From contig CM082585.2 in the NCBI GenBank assembly GCA_040954595.2, positions 200,814 to 264,813 of the forward strand: DNA of 64,000 nucleotides. Reading direction: 5' to 3'. The position numbers were made by a program, and so were the translations under genes. This document shows, piece after piece, positions 22,971 through 36,900 of this stretch. The notes beneath the pieces were generated by a model. That model was given only the letters and a program-made list of their open reading frames with translations. It did not search any database and was not told the DNA's origin. Position 1 is the first letter of the stretch. The number at the start of each line of letters is the position of its first letter. The DNA is from Balanoglossus misakiensis. Its lineage: Eukaryota > Animalia > Hemichordata.

Positions 22971-25900
22971 CCCTTACAATCCTTTCCGCGTAAATCAAGA
23001 TGGCGGCGGCTGAGCATGTCTTTCTCGCTGCATAAAGTTCAAAAAAGGGGCCGTTGTACAAGTTGTGAGACGTTTTGGGGCGATTTGCTGTCTAATATAA
23101 ATGCGGTGTGCTCCAAAACGGCGATCGGTGAACGAGTTTTGGTCTACAGACAGAATTTTCTAGTCAAACCACTCAAAACCACTACCAGTTGGTGTAATCG
23201 CCAGCCTTGCTATGGTATAGCCCAGCTCTGCGTACAGTGTTCTTGGCGTGGAGGCCGTGTAACGCCAGGAACACACAGACCTGTACGCAGAGCTAGCTGT
23301 TGCCCCGCGTTGCCAGTTCACCTCGATTGAATAAATTTTGACATCTGAACATACGAAAATTGTGTTAATTTGTTATTTCCCGAACTAAGAAATAGCTGTA
23401 GGGCCAGACCCTGGAAAACAAAAATAAAGTATTCCTTAATATTTCCTTGTAAACTCAAGTTTTGTGTAAATAAATTTGAATTAAAAGGACAAAGTCTCTC
23501 TCTACATAACCATATTTATTGGAAATTTGATAGCTTGCATTCTAGATTTACAACTGATAAGATAGGGTGTGGGGCATAGACAGTAGAGGGGTTGACCCCG
23601 AAGTCTCCACCTCCTGTAGGCTGCATTCACAGACACCTCTGGAGGGGGGGGGGGGGGGCAAGAGAATTCAATTTTTTTACCGCTAAATTTCACATGCCCA
23701 CCGTACACAACCCGAAATATTTTCAAATCCCCCCTTCCGAACTGCCAAAAATTTGAAATCCCCCCATTGTCTTTCACAGACCAAACACATCACCTATCTA
23801 TCTTGTAAAAAAGAAAAACAGCGCTCCCATGAAAACAATTTGAAACTGATGTTTCAAATTCCATGAAGAATATTGTTATCTCTTGACTGACTATGATAAC
23901 CATGTTCTAATCGGGAGAAGTTAAGGGGTCTATTAGGAAGTGTGTCAGGAACGAAAATAACAACCTGTAATTTGAATTGACTGTATATGAGATTAGCAAT
24001 TTTAAGTCACACTCTCTATCGTTGTACCTTTCTTCATAATTATTTTATTTTAGGAAAGTTCTCTTTTGTTTTTGACTAGTTAGATTCTTGTCAACTGCAG
24101 GCAGACTACATTAAACATTCAATGAAAGATTTTAGCCATCAGTATGAGTGGTAACACAAGGAGATAACCCTTACAATTTTGGTGACCCTGATGACCAATT
24201 TACAGCTTCTTCGAGCAAACCGTATTCAGGTAAATCAAAACTATGTATGATCAATATGCAAATAGAGAAATTTTCATTTTGACCCAAAGTTTGAACTTGA
24301 CCTCTGACCTTGTCAGTCATGTAATCATTGGATAGCCTGTACCATACTTTGTAAGACTGAATGTTTGAATTTTATCTCTAGCTTTCTCAGATCCTGAAAT
24401 ATTTTATTTTTAACCTCATTCTGACAGCTGGATAAACAGGCTTTCCCAAAATTTATGTCTGCAAAAAAACTCCTTGGGTGCAGGGGGGGGGGGGGGAGTT
24501 TGTCGGTCTCTGGCCCGTGGACTATAACCAAATAATGATAGTCCCAAATAAAGCCATCAACTCCAATTTTGGATTATTGGTGATGTTTTCTGCGATCATG
24601 CTGGATGCAATGCGGATATAATAAAACAACTCTGTGAAAAATGTTTGTTTACAAATTTGTTCACCTTTGTGGGTATATTCCACAGAAAGGGTTAATCCCC
24701 TTAACCTCCCAACAAACAAACAATCATGACCATATTTGTAAACATAAATATTTGTGTCACACATTATTATATTAAACAAAGACACACACACACACTACAA
24801 ACAAGGAGGAAGAGCTCCCTGTGGTCTTCCCACAAACGTTGGAATCACACTGCAGTAGTCGCCTGATTCAACCAGTAAAGGTCACATGAGGTCATCAATT
24901 GTTGTCGGTTTTCTGGTTGAATATTCTCTGAAAGCACGCCTTAACATTGATATTTTGCAATTGGTGTCAATAGTCATGAACTTTAATGTATGGAGCATCA
25001 CTCGGCCCCAGTTACTGAGTTGCGATAGGACGAAATCAACAGCGGAAACTGATTGTCGATCGTCCATGTCTCAAGCTTACCTTGTTTACGGACTGAATCA
25101 GGGGACTACAGCAGCGTTATTTCGACGAATGTGATTCTACCCACACATTAAATCGTGAAAACTATCTGTGATATCTTAAAACACACTAAATACTGTAATG
25201 TTTCAATACTCACTGCGCCAAATCTGTATATAGGAATAATGATGGTGGACAGTGTTGGGGGCATGAAACAGCTGGTTGCTCGCTCCTTGGCTTCGCATGT
25301 TTTCCGCTATTCTTTCACAGAAATATTGACACTGTCCTGGATGTGTAACGAACACTGGCCAAGTAACGTCCATAGAAAAGGCGACATTGGAGTTGACGAC
25401 AGAAAAAATGTGCCATTAAAACGAACTGGCAGATTCGCTAGCCTGCATCTCAAATGTGTTTACAACGCTTTACGGGGTCAAAGTCTACGGGTCGAAGGTC
25501 AGCAACAGCGTCCTCGTGGGGTATATTCTGCGGGACCATCCTTCTTTCTGGAGTGTCCAACGGAAAAAGCAGGTGAGTCTGCTTCTTCCGCTGCACTCTT
25601 TTCGGGAGCGCAGCGGAAGAAGCAGAGGGGTCTGGGTAACCAAACTTGTTATCTGGGGTATACAAGAAACTTGAGTAAACAAGAGACAATTTCAAAGATC
25701 TTTGAAAACACAGATGAGAGCGAAATAGGTCGATAATAAAGGTCGCACCATTCTAGATTTCATGAAGTAATTGTAACTAATAACCTGCAATTGCTGAATT
25801 TTAACGAAAAGAAAGAAAAAAATCAACAAACTGACTCTGTTATGTAACGCTTTGTGTAAATTGGTACATTAGAGTTGAGTTGATATGCCGAATTAATGCA

Positions 25901-28900
25901 GAATCTAACGGGAAATGGGATGGGAGAACCTCAGGCTACCATGACTACTGTTAGGCCTAAACACTTTATTTTCGCGAGTTGAAATTTTCGCGATATCGAG
26001 AGAGGCCACTGTTTTAATTCCCGAGTTTTAATATTCGCGTTCTCTTATTTCATTCACTGCGTCGTCATCTTAAAAAAAATTACGCGACTTTTTATTTTCA
26101 CGCTATTTTGGCTTGCGCGTATTTCGCGAAAATTTATTGTCTTTTACAGCATATACAAAGGAGTGGATTTCAGCTCCTAAAGTCAGGGGGTTCCAACACA
26201 TTTCAGTTCATTCTACACCCTGTTCTACACTAAAGGAGTTCGTTCCAGAGTGGGGTCCAGCCTGGACTACAGGCCTTGTCCAGTATATCCACGGTTGATC
26301 CTTTTTGAAATAAAGTCATAGGCCTATCATTGGCGTTTAAATCTACTCTACTCGTGTTCCCGTCTCTTCATCAACCGACATTCCGACCAGACTCTACGAA
26401 TTTATACCACCAATTATGGGCTGAGGGAAATATTTGCCATTTGGGGACAATTTTCTCTCCAAAATCGGCATGATCGGTACATAATGTTACGCATCCGAGC
26501 CTACTCGGTGTGAAAAAATGTTGATTATGTAGGCCAGTGTAGGCCTAAATTGCTATCAAATACAAGTTTTAAATATCTCAAAATTCATGTTTGGGAATAA
26601 AACTTTTGCAGAGTTCGTCTATTAAAATATGAAAAGACGTTTTACTTTTACAGTTTTACTTTCCAGTACTGGTCTGTTCCCCCGCCCATTCCCACGCTGA
26701 CTGCGCTATATGCTAAAAGGAAAGGATGGCTTTGCTGGTCACCGTGACTGTAGCGAAAGGGAATCGCTATATAACATCCGCTGTATTAGATACACTGCCC
26801 GGGGAAACTTTCATAGCAGTCTGGGCCATCTGGCCTTATATATTACACGGCTTGCAATGCTTGGAGCCAGCTGACAAAAACAAAACATGGCCTTGGGGGC
26901 GCTGTATAGTCGTGGTGTCATGGCGTAGCGATTTGAATCTCTGACTTCCATCGCTCGGATTGAATGGATCGCGAAGCCCTCAAAATGGAATATTATTCCT
27001 GAAATACTGGTTCCAAGTATTCGCCAGAGGTCCAGGTGCAAGTTTTATCATGAACAGTTCAAGTTTCTTGTGTATTTCTAGCGCAGGCAGTGGAAGTTGT
27101 CCAACGTAATGGAATTTTACACGATTGCGTCACAAAGGTGTCATGGCGCACTTTATCTCTCTGACGAGAATATTCGGGATGGATGCCGTCACTGAACACG
27201 AAGAATAGTATATTATGATTTGTGTGCGCGTTTGAATCCAAATTTTATGCTGGAGTCCCTCTGAAGATGTTACACAGTGTGCATGGAATATCGTTGGTCG
27301 ACTTGAACGTTTCAGTGAGTACATTAGGTCCTATTTAATTAAATTTAATATCGTGTTTACGAAAAAACATGCCGTGACATAATTTGTGACCCCGGCCAGC
27401 ATTGACGAAGGATTCAATTTTATTACACATATTCATAGTAAGCGAAAAATTGGGTTTCAGATGCATTTTTAGGCTTTTTATATCATAATAACGAGTTTGT
27501 ATGAATGTTTACTCATAGTCGTATTCATACAACAAGCCAAATAGTCAGTAGTTCCATAGCAAACCAAAACTATCCATATAAAGCATGACTAGACAAATTT
27601 CTATCCGAGCAATTACAACTTGAATTTCACTAGAGTAGCAACGCTCATAAAGTTGACTGAAACGTTGTGTTTAGGTCCCATGGTATGTATGTCAATCCAA
27701 ATAAAAACTTGGAAACCACTTGGCATATCACCTTGATATAAACGAAGTTGTCATTCTCAAAAATATGCAAATTAGCTTGAAAATGTGAAATTGGTCAAAA
27801 CTCTGAAACTCAACAACTATTGGGCAAATTGCTTTGAAAATTGGTATGGATGTACCTTATGTCAACCACTGAACCTCACACAGTCCTCAAAATTTTAGTT
27901 AATATCATGAATTTTCTATTTTTATGAAGATTTTAGTCTTTTTTTTTATATTATAGACTGTAAACAATCATGGGTTGATTGCTTTAAAATTTATTATGAA
28001 GCTTCCAATAGGTAATCTAAGTCATTTTTTCCAGTTTGTTGCATAATTTGCATATTTGTAATTTTTGGGTAATTTTTATGATTTTTGGTAAAAAATCATT
28101 TCTCTGAAACCTCTTGTCCAGAATCATTAGGATTTTGGTAGGCATGTTCCTAGGGATAACCCAAGTAAGCTGTCGTACATACCTTGTTGGTGAAATTTCC
28201 ATATTCGTGTTCTTGGGGCAATTTGGGGGTATTTTGCACAAAAAATTGTTTTCTATGAAACCGTTTGTCAGATTGCTTTGAATTTTGTAGGCACATTCCT
28301 TATGGTGATTGAAGTAAGACATTGTACAATTCTGGTGATACTTGCATTCTTGTGTTTTTACCACTTTTGAAGCAATATTGCTGTGACATTTTGTGGGAAT
28401 TATCATGTGGGAACTCAAGTAGGTAATGAAAAGTGTTGGTGAAATTTGTGTTCTTAGGGCAATTTTTGGTGTTTTGGGTCTTAAGGGGCGCTTGGGTCCC
28501 TACTGTAATTACTGGAGTTTTTTCTTCTTTTTTCTTGAGTCATTATAATTTTTTGTTCACCTAGATCTCAGAAACAGCTGCAGCTGCGCTTCTGAATCTT
28601 GGCATATAAAGGTTGGCAAACACATCTGGTCACTGATAAACATACTTTGTATAAATAGTGGGACTTTTTTGTTTTGGTTATGTAAATGTCTCCATACACA
28701 ATATTTTTAGCCTGTCAATATGATTTTTCCACAGCGGACACAATGTGTGTTTGTGCAGTGGTGAATCTAGGATCAGAGATTTGAGGTCATTTTTGCCGGT
28801 GGTCTCCACTTTAAGGGCCTTTTGATAATGAGAGGGACATTTTTTCTGTTGCCATTATGACAATCATACTAGTATACAAAATATTCATCAAGTAAGGCAA

Positions 28901-29277
28901 GATTGAGAGTAAGAATTGCAGAGAATTCCATTGCAGTTTTAGTCTGTACACTGCACTGCAACTTACTACACCCCATGTAAAGTGTAGGAATAAAATTGTG
29001 CTATCTAATCTTTTTTCGGTGTGATCATGATTATCAATGATGATTTGTGAAGCATTTTCCAATATTTTACAATGTGAGCTGCTGTTCTGAGTCAATGATC
29101 TGAATTGCACATTTGCATAAAGTTCAAAAGAATAGCACCCTTGATTCAAACACCAACTGTATCATCTTAATGTTGAACTGCCTGTGGTAACATTTTCTGG
29201 ACTTTTACTGAGGAGACTATTGACAATTGACCATGTCTGCGTCTATTCAAGTATTTCAGTATTCTCAGCCTAGGAAG

Positions 29278-29630
29278 TTAAACGGACAAAGTCTCTCTCT
29301 CCCTGCCCTTTTCCCATTAATTAGGTTTGATACAACACACTGTTTATGTTAATGAACATTTGTATATGTAGTGAATGTACGTTCAACAACACACAAATTC
29401 CATACCACTTGTATGATATGAGAGTGAAAGCTCACCCAAAATGAATAAATGGTAGACACTGATTATTCATTTTGGCGAGTTTTTCACTCTCATGTCTACA
29501 AGCGGGATGGAAGTTGTGTGTGGTTGAACGTTGGTTCACTATATATCCACATATACATTAACATAAACGGTGTCTTGTATCAAACATAATTATTGGGAAA
29601 AGGGTAGCAAAGAGAGACTTTGTCCTTTAA
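29278..29630. mobile_element. Fold-back MITE, Kolobok-type, decayed
   Basis: TTAA-ACGGACAAAGTCTCTCT...AGAGAGACTTTGTCCT-TTAA. The imperfect inverted repeat covers almost the whole length (~165-bp arms). Confidence 0.8.
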
Positions 29631-30589
29631 CTTTCCTGCTTAGAACTATAGTAAATGTTCTCCTAAATTTTAAAATTTAGGATTATAATATAAGGCTCTG
29701 TAGTTATCTCATTTTTATATGTGGATGAGAACTGGCAACACTTTTATAAACAACTGTATACAAATTTGAAGATGAAAACATATGAGTTCCTCTTACCCAT
29801 GATTTCTATATTTTTTGAAAGTTTTGATTTTGTGCTCAAAATTGTTTTCAACTTTCTTAAATTGCAGGAGGAACTTTCCATGTGATCTAGCTGACAGGAC
29901 TTGTGGGAAAAAGTTGAAGATTACAGAAATAGATGTACATTATTGCAGCCAATCTTTGAGCAGGGAAGTAAAATTTTGTATACGATGTACTTTATTGTTT
30001 TACTTGACAGCTTAAATATTGCATAATTGGCAGATGGTGCAGAATTCTGGCTGCCTTTAATAGGTGTTCACTTTGTGCTAGGGGGTCAAATCACATTGTA
30101 ATAATTGCATTCTGGGTAAAAAGTCGACAACTCACTGTAGTAAGAGATAGAATAAATGATATGTTTACTGTATGTTATGACTTCCTTTGGTCAAACATGT
30201 CTGTCTTTGTACTTAACATATCAAACTCATTAAACTTTTTTCACATTTTGTTATTTTTTCTGTTACAAAGATTCAGAAAGACTCAATATCACTTTAGCTC
30301 ATGAACTCCCATTTCTTAAACATGGCAAAAATCGGCCATCTTGAAATTGTGTCGATCATATTATGAGATTTTCATCACTCACTTAGGTAGCTTAAAACCT
30401 ATTTAAGGTAGGGAGGATTAAAAACGACATGGTAGGCATCTGCTATTCAGTTTGGATTAACTTCATGATGTTCAAATGCAAATTACGGCAAAGAAGATGA
30501 TCACACCAGTCACGTTGAAATTGGAGCAGTAATATTCTTAAAATCAATGACAATTGAAAGACAAATGTAATATGAGAAAAAAAAATGAT

Positions 30590-30675
30590 TAGGAATAATA
30601 GGATGAATAATAGGAGGATGATAATAAAATAACTAAAAATAATGACTACAATGATGATGATGATAATGATGATTG

Positions 30676-30707
<32 letters not shown>

Positions 30708-30780
30708 ATAATGAGGATGATGATGACAATGATAATGATGAAGATGTTACAAAAACAGTAACAATGATGATGATGATTAG
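30590..30780. repeat. (GAT)n/(AAT)n microsatellite
   Basis: Direct inspection. Confidence 0.9.
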
Positions 30781-31569
30781 TTCTTTATATCTGTGTAAGA
30801 AAGACACCAATAATAGTAGTTTCTGCAGAGCATATGTCAATGTGGTATTGTCTGGTTTTGGTGAATCTTCAGGATACTTTGAGACGCAATAGGTTGGAGA
30901 ATGAATATGTCTTGAGTGGTATAGGTGGTTAATATTTGTTTCTTAGTGGTCTTAATTTACTCCAGAATAATGGCTGTAATGTTGTATCTGTTACTAGCGT
31001 TAGCTTTGGCATTGTGGTTGTAGTGGTATAAAATAACAGAAATAATAATGTTACTAAAGGTTTAATTTAACCATAAATATATGTTACACAGAGATGTATT
31101 TTCATCCAGACAATCAGTCACATTCATCTTAAATATTCGTCAGAATTGGTAGCCTAATGTTTATGCATAGTTCAAGTTGGCATTACATACTTTGTGATTC
31201 TGTGTACAGAGTTTTGCAAAGCAAATGTGTTTGTACAAACCAGGGTAAAATGATCCTAGTACATAGAGCTGTTGGTGAAAATTTATGACTGGTATAGATA
31301 AGTATCATTGATATGCCTGTTATTAAATGAATTAAATAAAGTTGTCTTTTTTCTAGGAATGCACTTCATATGAATCCCTGTTGCCTCGTATCATTTTAAT
31401 GTACAAATGTAGCAGCCATTTTGCTTGACATGTAAAATATATCATGTAACGGGTTCGTCTGTGTTTCAGACAAAATGCATGCATGCAAATTTAAATACAG
31501 TTACCATGGTAAATGGAGATCTGTACTAACTGGTACAGCAGTTTTAACCGTAACATAGCGGTGTTGAAT

Positions 31570-32079
31570 ATGATAATACTGGTGGTGATAATAGTGATGA
31601 CAATGATGGTGAATCTGGTGGTACTGGTGATACTGATTAAGATAATGGTGGTGATGGTGATACTGATGGTGATAATAATGGTGGTGATGGTGATACTGAT
31701 GGTGATAATAGTGGTGGTGATGGTGATGATGATGATAATAATGGTGGTGATGGTGATGATGATGGTGATGATGGTGATAATAATGGTGGTGATGGTGATA
31801 CTGATGGTGATAATAGTGGTGGTGATGGTGATAATGATGGTGATGATAGTGATAATAATGGTGCAGATGGTGATAATGATGGTGATGATGATGATAATAA
31901 TGGTGGTGATGGTGATAATGATGGTGATGATGGTGATACTGATGGTGATGGTGGTGATAATAATGGTGGTGATGGTGATAATGATGGTGATGATGGTGAT
32001 ACTGATGGTGATGGTGGTGATACTGAGGGTGATGGTGATAATAACGGTTTAGATGGTGATACTGATGATGATGGTGATG

Positions 32080-32111
<32 letters not shown>

Positions 32112-32451
32112 GGTGATACTTATAAAAATAAAAATATCATACTCACATGTAATGACACAAAGCTTTGTAAATGGGTGATCTGCTGGGTGCAGTCATGCTC
32201 TCAGATAATAATGGTGGTGATGGTGATGATGGTGATAATAATGGTGATGATGGTGATGATGATGGTGATAATAGTGGTGGTGATGGTGATAATAATGGTG
32301 GTGATAGTGATAATGATGGTGATGATGGTGATAATAATGGTAGTGATGGTGATACTGATGGTGATGATGGTGATACTGATGGTGATGGTGATAATAATGG
32401 TTTAGATGGTGATAATGATGGTTTAGATGGTGATACTGATGATGATGATGG

Positions 32452-32491
<40 letters not shown>

Positions 32492-32825
32492 ACTTATAAA
32501 AATAAAAATATCATACTCACATGTTATGACACAAAGCTTTGTAAATGGGTGATCTGCTGGGTGCAGTCATGCTCTCAGATAATAATGGTGGTGATGGTGA
32601 TGATGGTGATAATAATGGTGGTGATGGTGATGATGATGGTGATAATAGTGGTGGTGATGGTGATAATAATGGTGGTGATGGTGATAATGATGGTGATGAT
32701 GGTGATAATAATGGTAGTGATGGTGATACTGATGGTGATGATGGTGATACTGATGGTGATGGTGATAATAATGGTTTAGATGGTGATAATGATGGTTTAG
32801 ATGGTGATACTGATGATGATGATGG

Positions 32826-32862
<37 letters not shown>

Positions 32863-33582
32863 ACTTATAAAAATAAAAATATCATACTCACATGTTATGA
32901 CACAAAGCTTTGTAAATGGGTGATCTGCTGGGTGCAGTCATGCTCTCAGATAATAATGGTGGTGATGGTGATGATGGTGATAATAATGGTGGTGATGGTG
33001 ATGATGATGGTGATAATAGTGGTGGTGATGGTGATAATAATGGTGGTGATGGTGATAATGATGGTGATGATGGTGATAATAATGGTAGTGATGGTGATAC
33101 TGATGGTGATGATGGTGATACTGATGGTGATGGTGGTGATACTGATGGTGATGGTGATAATAATGGTTTAGATGGTGATAATGATGGTTTAGATGGTGAT
33201 ACTGATGATGATGATGGTGATGATGATGATGATGATGATGGTGATACTTATAAAAATAAAAATATCATACTCTCATGTTATGACACAAAGCTTTGTAAAT
33301 GGGTGATCTGCTGGGTGCAGTCATGCTCTCAGATAATAATGGTGGTGATGGTGATGATGGTGATAATAATGGTGGTGATGGTGATGATGATGGTGATAAT
33401 AGTGGTGGTGATGGTGATAATAATGGTGGTGATGGTGATAATGATGGTGATAATAATGGTAGTGATGGTGATACTGATGGTGATACTGATGGTGATGGTG
33501 GTGATACTGATGGTGATGGTGATAAAAATGGTTTAGATGGTTATAATGATGGTTTAGATGGTGATACTGATGATGATGATGG

Positions 33583-33629
<47 letters not shown>

Positions 33630-33721
33630 GTGATACTTATAAAAATAAAAATATCATACTCACATGTTATGACACAAAGCTTTGTAAATGGGTGATCTGC
33701 TGGGTGCAGTCATGCTCTCAG
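31570..33721. repeat. Compound tandem array: ~370-390-bp unit of degenerate GAT/GGT/AAT triplets plus a ~85-bp unique spacer, 5 copies
   Basis: Spacer ACTTATAAAAATAAAAATATCATACTCACATG...GCAGTCATGCTCTCAG at ~32117, 32491, 32862, 33245 and 33635. Confidence 0.95.
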
Positions 33722-33904
33722 GTGTATTTTATTAAAATTTGCACACATGTGGGTGTTCCCATTCTGACCTGGCCAGTCAGATTTGGGGATGTCATAACCT
33801 TGCACTCTCAAACATGAAATACCGTATAAGTAACCACGCACTCAGAAGTTTCTGATTTATCAAACTAGTTAATAATATTACACTATGGAATTGGTGGTGT
33901 TATA

Positions 33905-36900
33905 ACATGAACAGTGTTTCACTATTGTAAACAAACAACCTGTGTGAAACCAAGGTGTTCTTATTGATAATGATGGGGGAAGGGGGTTGTCAGTGATTAC
34001 AAATTTTTGTGTCAGGTACTGTAGCTTGATATGAGAACTTTAAACTAACCTGCAGTATTAAAATGCTGCACCATGATGTGATTAATTTCATTAATAATTT
34101 TATCAAGCATGTGTTCTTAAGTGAACAGTGTTTCACAATCGTAAACAAACAACCTGTGTGAACCGATGTGTTCATAATAATGGGGTAGGGGGTGTCAGCG
34201 ATTACAAATTGTTGTTTCAGGTACTGTAGCTTGATATGAAAACTTTGAACTAACCTGCAGTATTAAAAAGCTGCACCATGATGTGATTAATTTCATTAAT
34301 AATTTTACCAAGCTTGTGTTATTAAGTGAACAGTATTTCACAATCGTAAACAAACAGCCAGTGTGGTAATGATCGGGGGTGGGGGTTGTCAGGGGTGGGG
34401 GGTGTCAGCGATTACAAATTTTTGTTTCAGGTACTGTAGCTTGATATGACAACTTTGAACTAATGTGCAGTATTAAATTGCTGCACCATGATGTGTTTTA
34501 TCATTAATAATTTTGCTATGCTTGTGTTATTAAGTAAACAGTGTTTCACGATCATAAACAAACGATCTGTGTGAAACCAATGTGTTCTAATTGGTAATGA
34601 TCGGGTGTGGGGGGGGGGGTGTCAGTGATTACAAATTTTTGATTCAGGTACTGTAGCTTGATATGAAAACTTTGAACTAATCTACAGTATTAAATTGCTG
34701 CACCATGATGTGTTTTATCATTAATAATTCTACTATGCTTGTGTTAATTAAGTGAACAGTGTTTCACGATCGTAAACAAGCAACCAACGTGAAACCAATG
34801 TGTTCTAATTGGTAATGATCGGGTGTGGGGGTTGTCAGGGGTGGAGGGTGTCAGTGATTACAATTTTTTGTTTCAGGTACTGTAGCTTGATATGAAAACC
34901 TTGAACTAATCTACAGTATTAAATTGCTGCACCATGATGTGTTTTATCATTAATAATTTTACTATGCTTGTGTTAATTAAGTGAACAGTGTTTCACAATC
35001 GTAAACAAACAACCTGTGTGAATCCATGGTGTTCTAATTGGTAATGATCGGGGGTGGGGGTTGTCAGGGGTGGAGGGTGTCAGTGATTACAATTTTTTGT
35101 TTCAGGTACTGTAGCTTGATATGAAAACCTTCAACTAATCTGCAGTATTAAAATGCTGCACCATAATGTGTTTTATCATTAATAAGTTGACTATGCTTGT
35201 GTTCTTAAGTGAACAGTGTTTCACAATCGTAAACAAACAACCTGTGTGAACCAAGGTGTTCATCATGATCGGGGTTGGGGGGTCTCAGGGGAGGGGGGTG
35301 TCAGTGATTACAAATTTTTGTTTCAGGTACTGTGGCTTGATATGAAAACTTTGAACTAACTTGCAGTATTAAAATGCTGCAACATATTTAGTGAACAGTG
35401 TTTCACAATCGTAAACAAACAACCTGTGTGAAACCAAGTGTTCTAATTGATAATGATGGGGGGAGGGGGATGTCAGTGATCACAAATTTTTGTGTCAGGT
35501 ACTGTAGCTTGATATGAAAACTTTAAACTAACCTGCAGTATTAAAATGCTGCACCATATTAAGTGAACAGTGTTTCACAATCGTAAACAAACAACCAGTG
35601 TGAAGCCAAGTGTTCTAATTGATAATGATGGGGGGTGTCAGGGGTGGGGGTGTCAGCGATTACAACTTTTTGTTTCAGGTACTGTAGCTTGATATGAAAA
35701 CTTTGAACTAACCTGCAGTATTAATAAAATGCTGCAACATGATGTGTTTTATAATCATTAATGATTATACTATGCTTGTGTTATTACGTAAACAGTGTTT
35801 CATAATCGTAAACAAACAATCCGTGTGAAACCAATGTGTTCTAATTGGTAATGATCGGGGGTGGGGGTTGTCAGGGGTGGGGGGTGTCAGTGATTACAAA
35901 TTTTTGTTTCAGGTACTGTAGCTTGATATGAAAACTTTGAACTAATCTGCAGTATTAAATTGCTGCACTATGATGAGTTTTATCATTAATAATTTTGCTA
36001 TGCTTGTGTTATTAAGTAAACAGTGTTTCACGATCATAAACAAACAATCTGTGTGAAACCAATGTGTTCTAATTGGTAATGATCGGGGTTGGGTTGTCAG
36101 GGGTGGGGGGTGTCTGTGATTACAAATTTTTGTTTGAGGTACTGTAGCTTGATATGAAAACCTTGAAACTAATCTGCAGTATTAAATGCTGAACCATGAT
36201 GTGTTTTATCATTAAAAATTTTACTATGCTTGTGTTAATTAAGTGAACAGTGTTTCACAATTGTAAACAAACAACCTGTGTGAAACCATGGTGTTCTAAT
36301 TGGTAATGATCGGGGTTGGGTTGTCAGGGGTGGGGGTGTCTGTGATTACAAATTTTTGTTTCAGGTACTGTAGCTTAAAGGGGAAATCCGTTGTAGCTGA
36401 TTTCTACATAATTTGGTAGCTTTGATGTCACTCTTTCAGAAAAAAACATATTCGCCGTGTATAGGTCGCGCGATTTTTTACAAAATCTAGGGAAAGTTGG
36501 CAGAATTTCCAATATGGCGTTTACTGTAATTTGAATCATGGGAAAAAAAGCGCCAGGACCAACTTCCGCCCACCATGGTGTGGGTGATACCATTCTCCGA
36601 TAGGTGTCACTGGGCGACAGACTAGGCGTATTTTCATAGCTATTGTTTGTTCTTTGCATCAGTTGATAAACAATCATCAGCAAAGTCGAAAATTTGTCAT
36701 CTATTGACAGTTTTCATGAGCTATAACCCATCGAAAATATGCAAATACGCTTAGCTTGTGACGCAGTGACACCAATCGGAAAATGGTATCACCCACACTA
36801 AGGTGGGCGGAAGTTGGTCCTGGCGCTTTTTTTCCCATGATTCAAATTACAGTAAACGCCATATTGGAACTTTCTCTAGATTTTGTAAAAAATCGCGCGA

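Noticed and set aside
24860-27330. CpG-rich region with several 60-190 aa ORFs
   Set aside because: No recognisable motif. It appears to be fragments of decayed elements, for example a lone GGGTCTGGGTAACCAAACT end near 25630-25646.
31513-33817. Long Met/Val/Ile-rich and Asp/Gly-rich ORFs
   Set aside because: By-products of triplet repeats lacking stop codons; no domain or gene structure.
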